Assembly (NCBI RefSeq): GCF_018350175.1 | Contig: NC_058382.1 | Location: 57,724,001-57,788,000 of the forward strand | Reading direction: 5' to 3' | Length of the DNA: 64,000 bases | From: Felis catus | Taxonomy: Eukaryota | Program-made: the position numbers and the translations under genes | Notes under the pieces: model-generated | Told to the model about the DNA's origin: nothing | Seen by the model: the letters and a program-made list of their open reading frames with translations, nothing else | The model's database searches: none | Shown here: positions 1 to 12,947 of the stretch, piece after piece | How the letters are laid out: every line of letters begins with the position of its first letter | Numbering within the stretch: position 1 is the stretch's first letter

Positions 1-1401
1 GGGGCTGAGCACATCCAGCAGGGGCCCGTCTCACTATCTGGAGGCCCCTCCTCGGAGGCATGGCTCCTTCCAGGCCCCCCCCCCCCCCCCCGCTGCCCTT
101 GTCTCGATGGGACCTCAGCAACCTTCTGCACAGAGCCAGGACTGAGAAGTCTCCGCGGAGCCTGTTCCCATTAGGGACCGTGGGAACCAAGCCTGGGCCG
201 GGAGGGTGGCTCTGTCCCAAACGCCTGCTGGGACCCCAGAGCGGTCACAGTGGGTCCCCAAGGGAGTTGTGGCTGCTGGACCCTCGGGGACCTGTTCACA
301 GCAAACTTCCTTGTAAACGTAGGGAATCCTCCAGAAAAACAAACAAAAGCCTCCTGAACAGAATTCTCAGCACACGGGCCAAAGGTGGTTCTGCTGTAAA
401 GTGAAGTGACTTGGGTTTTAGTGGTGGGTTTTTTTCTTGTTTGTTTTTTTTTTCTAAAAGAGGATTTCCTGAAAGTTTTGAAAGAGGTGTCTGTAGAACT
501 GGGGCATCGTAAGAGGACAGGCATCTTCGGTCCTGACACACGTGTCCGGGAAGGATAGCGGAGGAAAGGAAAGGTTATCAGGAAGAGCTTTTGACGTTAG
601 AACTGGACTTTGCCCGAATATTCTCAGAAAGAAGCTGGACATCTGGGTGAATGTCCGTTCAGGAGTTTTTCCTAGACCGGGACCATTTTGAAAAGGCAGG
701 TTTCACAAGGAGAGATTGGGAAATGCACCAACAATGACAGATAATGTTCTTGGTCACTTGTTGTCAACAGACACGACCCGTGGGTCTCTGTGGCATCTGT
801 GCGGACGGACCTGCATCCAAAGGTGGACAGTCCATGTAGCAGCTTTTGTGGGCCCGGCACTGTCCTCCCGGGGCCCGTCTGGCACGCTCTTCAGGCCACA
901 CGGGTTCTAAAGTTTCTAGTAGACGCAGTAAAAAGGAATGGGAGGAGATATTTAGGATATGTGGGATTTTAGCTGGGATGTCAAAATATTAGCGTGTATA
1001 ATAGGAAGTTACGAAAGAATATGCATTCTCCTTTTCAAATAAGACCTTGGGGTCCACTGCGTATTGCACACATAGAGCACCCCCCCAGTTCGGGCGAGCC
1101 ACAGGTGCTCCGTGGCCACCGTGACTGGCGGCTGCCATATTGGGCACCCCGGCTCTGGACTCTCAAGGGTTGGGCGTCTGAAAATCTCTCCGTGCGCCCA
1201 GAAGCTGAGCCGGCACCACGAAGCTGTTGCTTCCAGATGAGATGAGCTCTGCCCTCTCCCCCACGCCAGCTTGGGCCAAGGCCGGGCGCCGGGCTCCCTC
1301 TGCTCGCAAACCGGTGGGTTTTCCCCTCCCACCTTCTAAGGTCTATACACACGTTGGCACACCTGATTCCCCCAAGAGCCCCATGATGGGGGGACCCCAG
1401 G

Positions 1402-1520
1402 AATCCTCACTTTATCAGTAAAGAAAGGGAGGCACAGAGAGGTTAAGTGGTTCGTGTGAGGTGAGCCGGAACCACGACTCGAACCCAGGCCGCCTGCCCC
1501 AGCGCCCACGCTCTCCACCA
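1402..1520 (-). mobile_element. MIR SINE fragment
   Basis: gaggcacagagaggttaagtgg...actcgaacccaggc resembles the antisense MIR core. Confidence 0.7.
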
Positions 1521-3260
1521 GTACGCGTGACGCCCCACTGTAGACAGGAGGGGTCGAGTGAGCCTTTAGTGCCCGGGTACGCTTGTTTGTAACTTTAAAA
1601 GTATTTATTAGAAAAGAAGTACGTACTTATTTAAATAAGAAGTCTAGGGAGTAGAAAATAAGGGTTCCCTACAGGTGCCCAACGGTTAACCTCCGTGAAT
1701 TGCCCCTTCATAGCCTTTCAGGGCATCCTGCCCCTCCCCCAGCCTCCGCCCCCATACAGACAACGCACATGAAAATCAAAATGAAGCTCGTATCACGCCG
1801 AAATATTTTTACATTTCACGGAAGACGGTTCCCCGGAGTCGATGCTTTCGTGCGGCTAACGCGTTCATCACCGTGCGTGTACCCGCCAGGTGCCAGGCGC
1901 TGATGGGGAAACCCCTCCCCTGGTGGGAGAACGGGGTTTAAACTCAGGAGGAAGGACAGTATTTGCAGCTCGGGGCCATCGAGCTCCTGCTGGGTGCGCG
2001 CCCCGACCCGGCGCTTGCCCTGGACAGACTCACATCCTCTGCCCAATGTCCCCAAGGAAAGGGCGCGTTCACACACCCTGTGCGGAAAGCAGGCTCAGCA
2101 AAGTGGATCGGCCAAGGTCCTGCAGATGAGATCCGCACTCTGACTCTTGAAATCTCCTGAGAGATCAGTAAACAGGTGAGACTCTGGGAGAATAGGCTTC
2201 ACCTCCTTGAAACAAACAAAATACGCACACATATACACACGCGTGCATTTATACATATTATGTACGCGTGTGTGCACACACACATAGGAATGATATTTCT
2301 TAATAATAAAAAAGAAATCGCACGCTTAAAAGCCGGAAGGACGGTCAGGAGTTCCTTTCCCGCAGTCCTTGTGACGCTGGGTCCCGTGAGTCCGCGGAGC
2401 GAGCTGCCAGCTCGTGGGTGAGCCCACGGTCTCTCCGGGGACAGGCCGCCCCGAATCCCCTGCTGTGCCGTCATGCAGTCTGTGTGCGCGACCAAGCGGC
2501 CATCGGTCCCTCCCGGAGTGGCCTTCACCGGCGGCTCCAGGACGCAGCCCTGTGTTCGCGGCTGCTCGTGGGGCTGCAGCCTCCCCTCCCAAGGGGCTCC
2601 CCGCACCCCAGCCCCCCACTGCGACCTGGGGTGGGCCAGTGTCACCCTCAGAGAAAGCAGGGCCACAGCCTGATGGCTTAGGATGACGGTTAGGAGAGGG
2701 TCCCGGGGTCTCCACCCTCTTGGGTCCCCATCCTGGTGGCACCTGAAACAGGTGTTTAATTGGGGACAAATCGCATCATCTCGCCGAGCCTGGGTTCGCT
2801 TTCTGTAAGTGGCGAGAACCTTGGAGATCTCGTGGGGTGGCTGCAGGGGCCACAGGTGCTAAGATTGCGTAAGGACCGCGGTGGCATTGTCGGGTCGTCC
2901 AGCTGGGCAGGGCCGCGGGCTCACGCGGTGGGGGGGGGGGGGGGGTCGGGGTGAGTGGCCACCGGAAGGCTGCAGACCGCTAACCGGGCCTGAGTTGTGA
3001 CCCCCTGAGGCCGCAGACCCTGGACGCTTCCCAGGGCGCCCTGGTCACGACTTCGCCAACAGCTGAGGCTCTTGGAGCGCTGAGTCAGCCCGAGGGGCTC
3101 CCGAGGCTTCTCCCGCCAATTCTGGTTCTCCCCAGCTCTGCAAGGGCCTTGCGTGTTGGCTTTCTCTTCCTTCCTTCCTTCCTGTTCTTCTTTTCAAAAT
3201 AAAATTAGGCCTCCGGAAACAATTTACATTTCAAAATGGTTTTAAGAAATCGATGTTACG

Positions 3261-3468
3261 AGGGCGCCTGGGTGGCTCAGTCACTTCAGCCTCCGACTCT
3301 TGGCTGCCGCTCAGGTCGTGATCTCGCGGTCCGTGGGTTCAAGGCCCGCGGAGGGCTCTGCGCTGACAGCTCAGGGTCTGCTTGGGACTCTCTCTCTCCT
3401 TCTCTCTCTGCCCCTCCCCTGCTTGCACATGCTTGCACTCTCAAAGAGATAAGCATTAGAAAAAAAAA
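3261..3468 (+). mobile_element. Can-SINE (SINEC_Fc family), diverged
   Basis: gggcgcctgggtggctcagtc head, (CT)n tract and A-rich tail. Confidence 0.95.
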
Positions 3469-3539
3469 TGTTTTAACGAATCTTAAGAAATTAAAGTCCT
3501 AAAATCATTTGCTCAAAGTGTCTTAAAGTTAAGAAATTA

Positions 3540-3960
3540 CCTCTGGAAATCCCAGTCCCAGAAACAACCACTGTGAACATTCTGGTGTGTTTCCTTCCAG
3601 ATTTTTTTCTGTTCGCAAGAACCTTATTTTTTTTTTGTTTGTTTTTGTTTTTACCTAGAAGGGGTCAGACCCCCTGTATTGTCAGGCTAATGGTTTTTTC
3701 CAGCGAGCCACAGCTGGCGAAGGTCCTTCCAAGCCACGTCCGATGTGGCCACGCCGTCATCCACGTGATGGCTATGCACTGTCCCCCTGTGTGGACAGAC
3801 CACCGCTTCTAACCCAGCCGACGGACGTCCGGCCTGCTTCCTGTGCTCTCTGCTGTGATAAACAACGGAGCAGAGAACATCTTTGCACAAGCCCGTGTGC
3901 TTTCCCGACAGTGTCGCAAGGCAACTTCCCTTCAGTGGGCTGGTCACAGCAGCACATCAG
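3540..3960 (-). mobile_element. Old L1M (L1ME-like) remnant
   Basis: ccactgtgaacattctggtgtgtttccttccag and tgtgataaacaacggagcagagaacatctttgcac resemble antisense L1ME 3' sequence. Confidence 0.55.
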
Positions 3961-4439
3961 CCCCTGGTGACACGGGCCCCCAGCGGCCTCCAGGGCGGCC
4001 GGGACGAGCCCCCCTCCCCTTACCTCGCAGGGTCACAGCTGATGCAATCCCCCCGTCCGTCCACCCTCTTGACGCCTCGTTCCTCCTCGTTACCCATCAC
4101 GCGCTGGCTTCTCCGTTCCGGGGACGCCCTGAGACCAGGGCTGTCGCACCCATTCTCACCCGACCCCGGACCCCCGGCTGCCGTGTTTTCCCGTTCGTGT
4201 GTGTGGCGGGGGCGGGGGGATCTCCTTGTCGCTCATCCCAACGCACAGATGCCGCCTCCCTGACCAGGGCTTCTCCACCCCTGCGTCTACAGCTGCTGCC
4301 TCCCCACGCTGCTCTGTCCCATGTCCCTGCGTCCCTCACCGCTGCCCTCCTCTGATCCCGTATCCCCGGGTGGCTTTCCCCAAGGACCCGTCGCTCTCTG
4401 GGATTATCTCTTAGCCTACGTAGCCGTTTAGCCCCTACC

Positions 4440-4560
4440 ACCAGCCTGGGCTCCGTGAAAGCGAGAACCCCACCCGCCCCGTTAACCCCGTGTCCCCAGC
4501 ACGCGGCCCGTGCCTGGCACGCAGTAGGTGTTCAGCTTCACAGTGGCCGGATGAACAAAT
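4440..4560 (+). mobile_element. L2 3' end
   Basis: tccccagcac...gtgcctggcacgcagtaggtgttcag...gatgaacaaat. Confidence 0.7.
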
Positions 4561-6139
4561 TCAGAAGTGGGTTCACAACCCGTTGAGGGATTCCTAAAAC
4601 CCCTTTTCTGAACATCGCCCGGAGTTGCTGTGCGACGGGCGCTCCCTTCTGTGTCTGGGCGTCCCAGGTAGTCCAGAGAGGATCGAGGGCGAGGTGTAGA
4701 GCCGGAGGGCGGACGGGCTGGTTTACGGTCCATCAGTCACACCCACGCTTCAGACCCGCACAGCCGCCCACAGGCCGGCAGGACTGCAGCTCAGTAAGCG
4801 TTTGGGGCACGAACAGATGGGGAGCCACCCAGAGGCTTTTTCGGGGAGCCCAAACCTGGAGGGACTCTTGGCCTGAGACAGCGGCCGAGCCCCACGCCTG
4901 TGGTGCCGACCCCCTGGGCGACGGCCGCCCGCTGGTCTGATGTGTTAAGAAACACACGTCCCGTTCGGTGGGCCTGCCCTCGTCCCCGACGTGGGCGGGC
5001 TGCTCGATGGGGATGCTCGGTGGGGGTCGGCAAGTCACGCGGGCACCTTGGGTGCTTGGCCGGATGACCTCCTGAAGGGCCCCCCGTCCCTGGGTCGTTT
5101 GGGGCCCTGTGACGCGGAGAACCCCCTGCCCCGTTTGCAAAACATACAGTAGTAGGTCAGAGACACGAGCCCTGGTATTTTCCCCAGCGTGGCTTGCCCG
5201 CCGCGAGGAATGGCCGAGAGCCTTGCGGCCCTGGGTGGTTCTTCCAGACTGTTCATCTGGGCAGAGGATCTGGGGAAGTCTCGCAGCCCAGAGGCCTGAG
5301 GAGGGCCCTGGAACCCGAGCTTTCCAGAAACCAGCAGGGCGGCCGGGGTAACCGCGGCCCCGGCACGGCCACTGTCCCCCTGCGCGGTCGGGGGGAGCTG
5401 CTGGCACGGAGGCCGGCGGCCCCCCTTCTGCTCCGTCTGGACTGCCTGGCTTTTCCTCGCAGCCCCATCTCGCCAAGTGCTCCCATCGGATGCCCGTTCC
5501 AGAAGTTCAGCCCCGGGGTAGCCAAGAGCACGAAGCTGCCATGAGGCGAGGGGAAAACAGGCAGGAATTCCGAGCGGCCTGCTTCCCGAGGACCGCCGCC
5601 CTGGCCGAGAAGTCTGAGAGCGCGGGGGCCCTTCGGTCCCACAGTTTCCAACCCGGGCCCCTCTCGGCGGGAGGGGAGACCCCCCCCACACAGGAAGTCA
5701 TGGCGACGTCACGGCCGGGCTGTTACTCCTCTGCTCAGACTCATTCACGGGGACGAGCAAAATGCAAATGAAAGCTCCGTTTGGACGCCCCTCCCTACTT
5801 GTGAATGGCCCAGAACCAGAAGCCGGATCCCACGCGCCGCTGGCCAGCTGGTGGGCTGAACGGGCCGCCGGGCATGTTGTCGACGGGACTGGTCGGTCGC
5901 TGGAACCTTCCGTCGGGCAAGCCGCCCGGCTTGCACAAGCACGTGTCCTGCGATCCAGCCGCTCTACTCCTCGGGGCTGATCCCCGGGTGCCCTCAGACC
6001 CGTGCAGAAAGTCCCGTGCCCCCCGTGGCACCGTTGACGAGAGCGGAGTATTAGGGACCTGCTAAGTGTCCGTGAACAGGGACCCGGTCAGCTGCCGCTT
6101 CCCTACAACCGAGTACTATGCAGCCGCCTACGAAGCCGT

Positions 6140-6750
6140 GAGACGGCAGGTGCTGGTGACACCGTGGGGACCCTGCCCACCCCTCACGTGCGGCGGGGGC
6201 GGGGGGGGGGGGTCACGTCCGGCGGTGCGGCTGCTTTGGGAAACCCTCTGGCGGCTATTTAAGAAAGAGCCGTCACGTAACGTGTGACCCCGCAGGTGCG
6301 GCTCCTAGCCGTCTGTCCCCGAGAATCGGCCGACACGTGTCCTTACGGACACGTCATCGACAGACGTTCACAGCAGCGTTCCGCCCTGGGAGCCCGAAGC
6401 GGACGGGGTGTAAATACCCCTCACCCGGGGGATGGGTGAAGAAAATGTGGGCCGTCCCCCGAAGGGCGCGTTACGCAGCCCTAACGAGGGATGAAGCAGG
6501 GACCAGGCCACCACGGGGGATGGGCCCCAGAGACACCAAGCTGCGCGAGACGAGCCAGCGGCACGAGGCCCCGTCGTGTGTGACTCCGTTTACGCGAAGT
6601 GTCCGGGACGGGCCAGTCTATACGCACGGAAGGTGGCAGGGCCTGTGGGAGGGGAACTGATCCAAACTGGGTGCGGGTGGTGTTTTCTCGGGGGGGTTTG
6701 TGGAGGGGATTCCGCAAGCCCGTAAAATCACTAACAATCACTGGGTTGGA
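6140..6750 (+). mobile_element. Old L1MB-like 3' region, GC-eroded
   Basis: gcggctgctttgggaaac...gttcacagcagcgttc...gggtgaagaaaatgtgg...gagacgagccag are collinear with the L1M 3' end. Confidence 0.7.
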
Positions 6751-7447
6751 CACCGAAAAGGGGTCAGTTTGGTGGCTTTGTGACAATCAGCAGCGCTGTC
6801 TTGCTTTTGTTTGTGTTGAAAGCCTTCAGTTAGCTGCGGGATTTAACCCCTGCCTTGAGAGGGTGGCTGTTACCTACCAGATGCGCGACCTGGGGCGGCT
6901 GCGTGGCCTCGGGGGAGTCCTGCTTCCCTCTCGCTGCCTCAGCCTCCTCGCCTGCACGCCAGGGTCACTCGCGCAGCCCCCGGGGAAGAAGGCCAAAGGC
7001 GCGTACAGAGCGTGCGGCCTCCGAGCCTAGCCCGTGTGCTATTTTCATCACAGCGGCTCAGGCGTCCTCGTCACGATGCTGTCCTGCCGATCGGTCAGCC
7101 AGACGGCCACCGGTCGAGCCGGCGGGGGGCAGCCGATGCCAAGCAGCGGTCTCGGAGGGTGCGCTCGGTTCAGACAGGCTGGGCCGGCGACTCCCGGAGT
7201 TCAAGGAGAATGAGTTAGCGGCCCTGCCTGACCTAGATTCCCGCCCCCCGGGCCGGCTCGCGGAAAGAGTGGAGCCTGCCAGCTGTTCCTGGCAGGGGCA
7301 CGCCGTGTGTCCAGCAGTTGCGGGCGAGTGTCCCTGGGCCACGATGCTTCCACCCTGGGGCCAGGGGACACCCAGCTCCCCCTTCCCGGCTACCTGAAAA
7401 ACGCCCTCCAGACCTTGCGGTAACGTGGCCTCTGCCTTCTTTTTCAG

Positions 7448-10100
7448 CCTGAGGACCCCTCGCGACGGAAAGGCCTTCCGGATCTTTGCCGTCAGGCAGT
7501 GAATTCCCAGCGCCGGGGAGAAGGGGGCGTCTTCGAGAGGGCTTCAGGGTTTTGCTTTTTATTTTTATTTTTTCACTTGGGGCGGGGGGGGGGGGGGGGC
7601 GGTGGGCTGGGGATATAGAGAGGCAGGAAACTTTCCTGTCAATGGCGTTCAGTGTCACACCCTTTGTGCCTTTGTCTGAAACCACACGGAGAAACCGCGC
7701 CCTTGGGGTGCCGGCCGGACGGCTGGTGACTGGCCCTGCTGAGGCCGGGGTCTCGGTCCGAGCGCCCCCTCTGCAGGGACAGTCGCCAAGGTGCTCCTTC
7801 CCGGTGCTCTTTGGTGGGGGGGATGGGGGGGTGGGGAAGGTTCCAGGCCTGCGGACGTGGCAGGACCCGGAGCTCACGCCGGGAGGCAGGCGGGGGCGGG
7901 AAGGGGCTTAGGGAGCATCCAAAGGGTTTCAGGAAGGGGGTGGAAGGTGGTTATTTAAAAACTTTGAAAACACAGTCCGTCCCCACCAGTGGAGGAAAAT
8001 GGGTTTAATGTTTGCTGGTCAGACAAATGGGCTGGAACGAGGGGCCGGGGACGTGAGGCCCGGGCTCGGCCCCGGTCCCCGTCCTCGCCGGCACCCTGCC
8101 TCGCACAGGCTGGTTCTGCGGACGGCAGGGCTGGCTTCTTTAGGGTTCCGCAGTAACCCCAGAGATTTATCTCGTCTTCGTCCTTCCCTGTGTCTGCGTG
8201 GCCCGTCTGTTTGCTGCCGTGACCTTTGGTCTCCTTGAGGACAAATGAACCAGGATCCTTTCTTTGCCCCCTCCCCCCCCCCCCCCGCCCCGTGGCCCTC
8301 ACCCCAGCCCAGACTGGTTTATGCACGATGTTTCCCACCGGGGCTTTGCTTTGCGAGTGGTTCTGTCGACAGCCTCACTTTTTAATTTTTTTTTTTTTTT
8401 AAACAAAACTCTTAGCGCCCGTCGGTTCCACTGTTCCGTTGCTGCCTTGCAAAAGTGGCAGTCAGATGTGCAGAGTCCCCATCCGTGGGATGACCCAGTT
8501 TTTAGCAGCGGGAGGAATGGATTCCTCAGTACATTCCTCGCCGAGGTTAGCAGCTCTGGGAAGGGGGGGGCCGCGTGTGGTTATGAAACCGTCCTGCGGC
8601 ATAACAGCAAAAGAAGCAACACTCTAGAAGGATCTCTCTTCCTGTTTTTGTGGAACGGCTCTTGCCAGACGTTCCTCCGGCTCTGAGGAGCGTGGGGCTC
8701 TCTGGTTTCCACTTTGCAAAAGTCCTTCACAAGCCCAGACCAAAAACCCACAGGGCAAGAAAACACCCTTTGGTAAATAGCGTTGTTCCGCAGAAGGTGA
8801 CGCTCTCCCCGCCTCCCCCAGGCCGGCCGGCCGGCCGGCAGGTCACCTCTGGGAACACCGGTTTCAAACCCGATCTCACCTGGCCGTCAAAATATTTGAA
8901 AGGCCAAGGGACCGGCAGACGGGTTTTTTGTCGTGTTTCGTTTTGTCGGGGTTGTTTTAAAGCAAAGCTGGGATGGTCCGGACGAGGAAGCCTCCCCCGG
9001 GGAAGGAAGTTCCAGGCTGCTGAGTGCATCCCGACTAAATTCACAGACTGGAGGTGAATGGCTTCCCTCCGGCCGGAGGGAGTTGGTGAGAGCCGTGAAA
9101 CTCTTCGCGCGCAGAGCTGAAACTAGCCGCTTCCCCGCTCTGTGCCCTGTGGGCTTGTAGTAATTTGTACGTTTTGACGTCTCCACCCCGAATGTCAGAG
9201 CAGAAGAATTTGGTCAGCCTGTCAGTGACGGGTCTCGTTACAGCCCAAGATCTGGGTACTTGGAAACTTCTGGATTCTAAGGGTTGTGCTGCGGGACTTC
9301 CGCTTCATCAGACTCTCCTCTGTGACCGGCCTTTGGCGGCTGTGGCTTCGCTGGGGCTCCGGGCTTGTTAGAAGTCGAGGCGGCCCGCGGGTGTCCCGGG
9401 GGGGCTGGCCGTGAAGGCGTCCCACCCAAGGGAGAGTCTGAAACTTCCAGAGCGAGTCCAGCCCATCATCTGGGGGCTCGTTTGGGTCCCCGCATGTCTT
9501 ATGAACCGGCCCGTCTAACGGGATAGACACATCCCCCCTCCCTCCCCCCCCCACCGCCCCGAACCGGAACTCGTCCCTCCCGTGCTCCCAAACGTTTTGA
9601 AACTGGAACCATTTTCCTTCCGAAGATGGAAACAGGCCGACGAAGGCACGGCCCCTGTAGTCAGAGACCATCTCTCATTTCGCGTGTTCGCAGGACCCGT
9701 TGCCCCCGTGGGCACTTGACCCACAAAGAGACGACGAATCAGGCCAGCGGTGTTTCAGGGTCTGACCCTGCCCCCCAAACGAAAAAGTCCTCGTTTCCTT
9801 CCGATTTTTGCCCCCCACCGTGTTCTTTCTGATTTTTTTTTTTATATTGTCTGTAGGCTCACTCAGCCTGCAGCTTACATGTGTGCTTTTTTCTATGAAA
9901 AATGATGTATTTTACTACTTCCTGTGTACAAAAAGTTTATTGTAAATTGTGTGTGTGTGTGCTTTGCACGAACGGGGACCACGTTGCCTTTGTTTTGTTG
10001 TTTCAATAAACCCGGTTTGATTTCTAACGTGTCTCTGTGACGTGTCTCTCGTCGGGCAAATCCGAACAGTCTGTAAAATAAAACGTTGGAAACCGCCTCG
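7448..10100 (+). other. Probable terminal exon / 3' UTR of an unidentified + strand gene
   Basis: Acceptor ctctgccttctttttcAG (AG at 7446-7447); 2.6 kb with no recognisable interspersed repeat; U-rich tracts; TGTA motifs at 9907-9944; AATAAA at 10005-10010 and 10077-10082; GT-rich downstream element. Confidence 0.7.
7449..7502 (+). CDS. Possible final coding segment LRTPRDGKAFRIFAVRQ* (exon phase unverified)
   Basis: Open frame from just after the acceptor to TGA at 7500-7502; the alternative phase gives an immediate TGA at 7450-7452; no homology recognised. Confidence 0.3.
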   Translation: MRTPRDGKAFRIFAVRQ

Positions 10101-10120
10101 CGACTGTGTTTACGCCACGC
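10005..10120 (+). terminator. Tandem polyadenylation signals
   Basis: Two AATAAA hexamers 72 nt apart, upstream TGTA motifs, downstream gactgtgttt. Confidence 0.75.
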
Positions 10121-10361
10121 GTGTGACACACGGGCCCGGGGGTGCCAGTCCCCGCGGTATTTTCTGGAGCCTCGGGGAGACCCCCGCCTGACAAGCGGCA
10201 AGAGGGGTGTGCCTTAAAGGGTGCAGACCGGGCATGGGTGGGGGGAGGGGGGTTGCCAAAATGCAGCTTCCGGCCCAGCGGGTCTGGGCGGGGGCCCGGG
10301 CGCCTGCACGTTTCTCGAGCTCCCAGTGACGCACACCCTGCTCGCCCCCGGAGCATATGCT

Positions 10362-10955
10362 GTGTGTCAGCCGTTCGTCCACTCGGGCGGCCCCAACCAA
10401 GCACCACGGACCCGGGGGCTCAGACGACAGAGATTTATTTTCTCCCAGTTCTGGAGGCTGCACGTTCACGGTCAAGGCGTCCGCAGGGCTGGGAAGCCGG
10501 CCGCCTTCCCCCGTTTCTTGTCTCTGTGCGTGCATCCCTCGTGTTGCTGCTTGCTTGCTTCCCTTTTTTAAAAAAAAAAATTTTTTTAATGTTTATTTGC
10601 TTTTGAGAGACAGAGCGCAAGTTGGGGAGGGGCAGAGAGAGAAGGGGACGCGGAATCCGAAGCAGGCTCCAGGCTCCGAGCCGTCAGCACAGAGCCCCAC
10701 GCGGGGCTCGAACTCACGGACCGTGAGATCATGACCTGAGCCGAAGCCAGAGGCTCGACGACGGGGCCACCGAGGTGCCCCTGGCGCTTCTTCCTAGAGG
10801 GACACCAGTCCTATCGGACGAGAGCCCTACCCTTATGATCCCATTGAACCTGAATTAATGAACTCCTTAGAGGTCCCGTCTCCGAGTACAGTCACTTTGG
10901 GAGTCAGGGCTTCAACATATGGACTTGGGGAGCGAGGGGGCACACCAGCCCCTTT
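10362..10955 (-). mobile_element. MaLR LTR (MLT1A-like) interrupted by a SINE
   Basis: acagagatttattttctcccagttctggaggctg ... ggacaccagtcctatcgga...cagtcactttgggagtcagggcttcaacatatg. Confidence 0.85.
10564..10781 (-). mobile_element. Can-SINE
   Basis: Antisense tail tttttaatgtttattt, ggggctcgaactcacggaccgtgagatcatgacctgagccgaag, ends in gtgcccc. Confidence 0.95.
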
Positions 10956-12049
10956 CGGTGAGATCGCAGCCGTGTGTCCCCGCGCGTCCCAATACGCGGC
11001 AGTCGCGGGAGGCTTTCGGGGGCTTGGCTGCCCTGTTCGTCCACCGTCCACGCTTCTGCCTCTGTGTGCTCAGTCACCTCTGTTTATGTTCTTTTCACTG
11101 GGGGTGGGATAGCTTTCCTCCGTGATGAGTATATTTAGGCTGTTTAAATGTCGATGTGATTAAAAATATTACACGAGCGCTTGTGCGACTGGGGCGCCCA
11201 ACTCACGGAGACTGGACAGCGACCGGTGTTGGGCGAACGCTGGTTTCTGACGAGTGCAAGGTCAAGTCCGTAGAAGTGCCCTGATGGCGGTTCTCACAGG
11301 CCACCGGGAAGCTCCCTCCCCCCGCACCCCCGCCCTGGGTCTGCAGCCCCTTCCTCCTGCATCCGGAAGTCCTGATGTCCCGGGACACCTCAGTCCTGTG
11401 CTGTCCCCAAACCTCCGCGTGTCAAAGCTGCAGCATCGGCTGGGGGAGGCGGCGGCCGCGAGGAGGGGGCCACCTTCCTCCTCGTAGAAGTGACCGGAGA
11501 CGGGGTAGAGTAGTGTGAGTCCGTGCTGAGTGTCGTGGGGGCTCAGCACCAGGTGACACGGCGGCAGAGAGCACGCACCGGGGAGTCCCTGGGCCGTCCC
11601 CACCTCTTACCGGCACCGGGACCTCAGACAAGCCACTCTGCTCTCTGGGGCCTCACGGCGATCACCGGTGCCCGGGGGGGGGGGGGTAAACCAGATGATT
11701 CCTGGGGGCTCCTGGCGGACATCCCTACAAATCCTCACCCCTCCTCGGTGCCCAGGATGCCCCCCCCCCACCTACCCACGCCGTCCCCATGCTCAGGGCT
11801 TGAGACAGGTCGCTGGGCGGGACTGGAAGGGCCTTCTTCCCACGATGTTCGTCTCATCAGGGAAGAAATCGTTCCCGGTGTCACCCACTGGGGCTGTTCT
11901 AAGTCCCCTTCCCCATAAACAGGCCACATGCCCACTCCTAGGCTTGTCCCAAGCAGCCCCCGGAAGAACGGGAAGGCTCCCTAAGAGCAGAGAGAGGGCC
12001 CAGGGGGCCTCGGAGGCTGTTTTGAACACGTGCAGACTTGCTTCCGTAG

Positions 12050-12270
12050 CGGGGGCACAAGGAGTTACGAGTCAGGACCCAGATGTGCCTGAGTTCGAAT
12101 CCCAGCTCCACTCCGCCAGCTGTGGGAGGCTGGGCAAGCTCCTAAAGCTCTCTGAGCATCACGGCCTCCTGCATAAAAGGGCGATGGTCACGGTGTCTGT
12201 TCCACCGGGTGGTTGTGGACTAGGTGGGGCCACACTTGAGATGTGCTCACACCTGGCGTGCACGCACAGT
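12050..12270 (+). mobile_element. MIR
   Basis: cctgagttcgaatcccagctccact...gggcaagctcctaaagctctctgagc. Confidence 0.8.
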
Positions 12271-12339
12271 TACCCTGTTGCACCACAGGTAGAGCTAACG
12301 CCCACGGGTGTGGGGCCCCAGGGAGACAGATCTCTACCT

Positions 12340-12470
12340 AATTGGCAGACCTGCCCAAAGATGAAAGGGCTCCCGTGGAGAGGGAGTGAGCTCCCTGTCC
12401 CTAGAAGAATACAAGCAGAAGCTGGAAGAATCTCGGACCGGAATGACTTTAAGGCCCCTTCCCTGGTTCT
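12340..12470 (+). mobile_element. L3/CR1-like 3' fragment
   Basis: gagtgagctccctgtccctagaagaatacaagcagaagctgga...tttaaggccccttcc. Confidence 0.5.
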
Positions 12471-12750
12471 GGCCTGCTGGCAGAGACCTGCCCTTCCCGA
12501 CGCTGCCCTGCCCGGAGCGCCCTGAGGACCCGGGGACGGTGACGTGGGGCCACGAAATCCTGAGACCATGACAGCTTCGTTCTAAAAGAAGGAAAGAACA
12601 ATAGCCTCGTGGCTCTGCAGGGGGTCCTAGAGCCATCATGTCGCGTGGGGTCCCTTCCGTCGGTCACCTATCCACTTTCCAGTGTTTCACACCAAACCGA
12701 AACCTGTCCTGAACCTCCAGTGGGGCTTAAAAACTCGTCCGGATCCTTAA

Positions 12751-12947
12751 GGGGCACCCGGGTGGCTCGGTCGGTTAAGCGTCCCATTCTTGGTCTCATC
12801 TCAGGTCACGGTCCCGCGGTTCGTGGGTTCGAGCCCCTGTGCTGAGCGCGCGGAGTCTGCTTGGGATTCGCTCTCTCCCTCTCTCTCTGCCCCTCCCCGG
12901 CTCGTGCGCGCTCTCTCTCAAAATAAATAGATAAGCTCAACAAAAAG
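12751..12947 (+). mobile_element. Can-SINE
   Basis: ggggcacccgggtggctcggtcggttaagcgtcc head, CT tract, aaaataaata tail. Confidence 0.95.

Noticed and set aside
460..646. Exon-like segment after a T-rich tract (ttttctaaaAG ... tggGTgaat)
   Set aside because: All three frames contain stops and the donor is weak; it could only be a non-coding or cryptic exon, and I have no support for that.
7448..10100. Assignment of the 3' UTR to a specific gene (considered B4GALT5, NFATC2, SEC14L1, PRDM2 among others)
   Set aside because: The terminal coding sequences I recall for those genes are not present, so I give no gene symbol.
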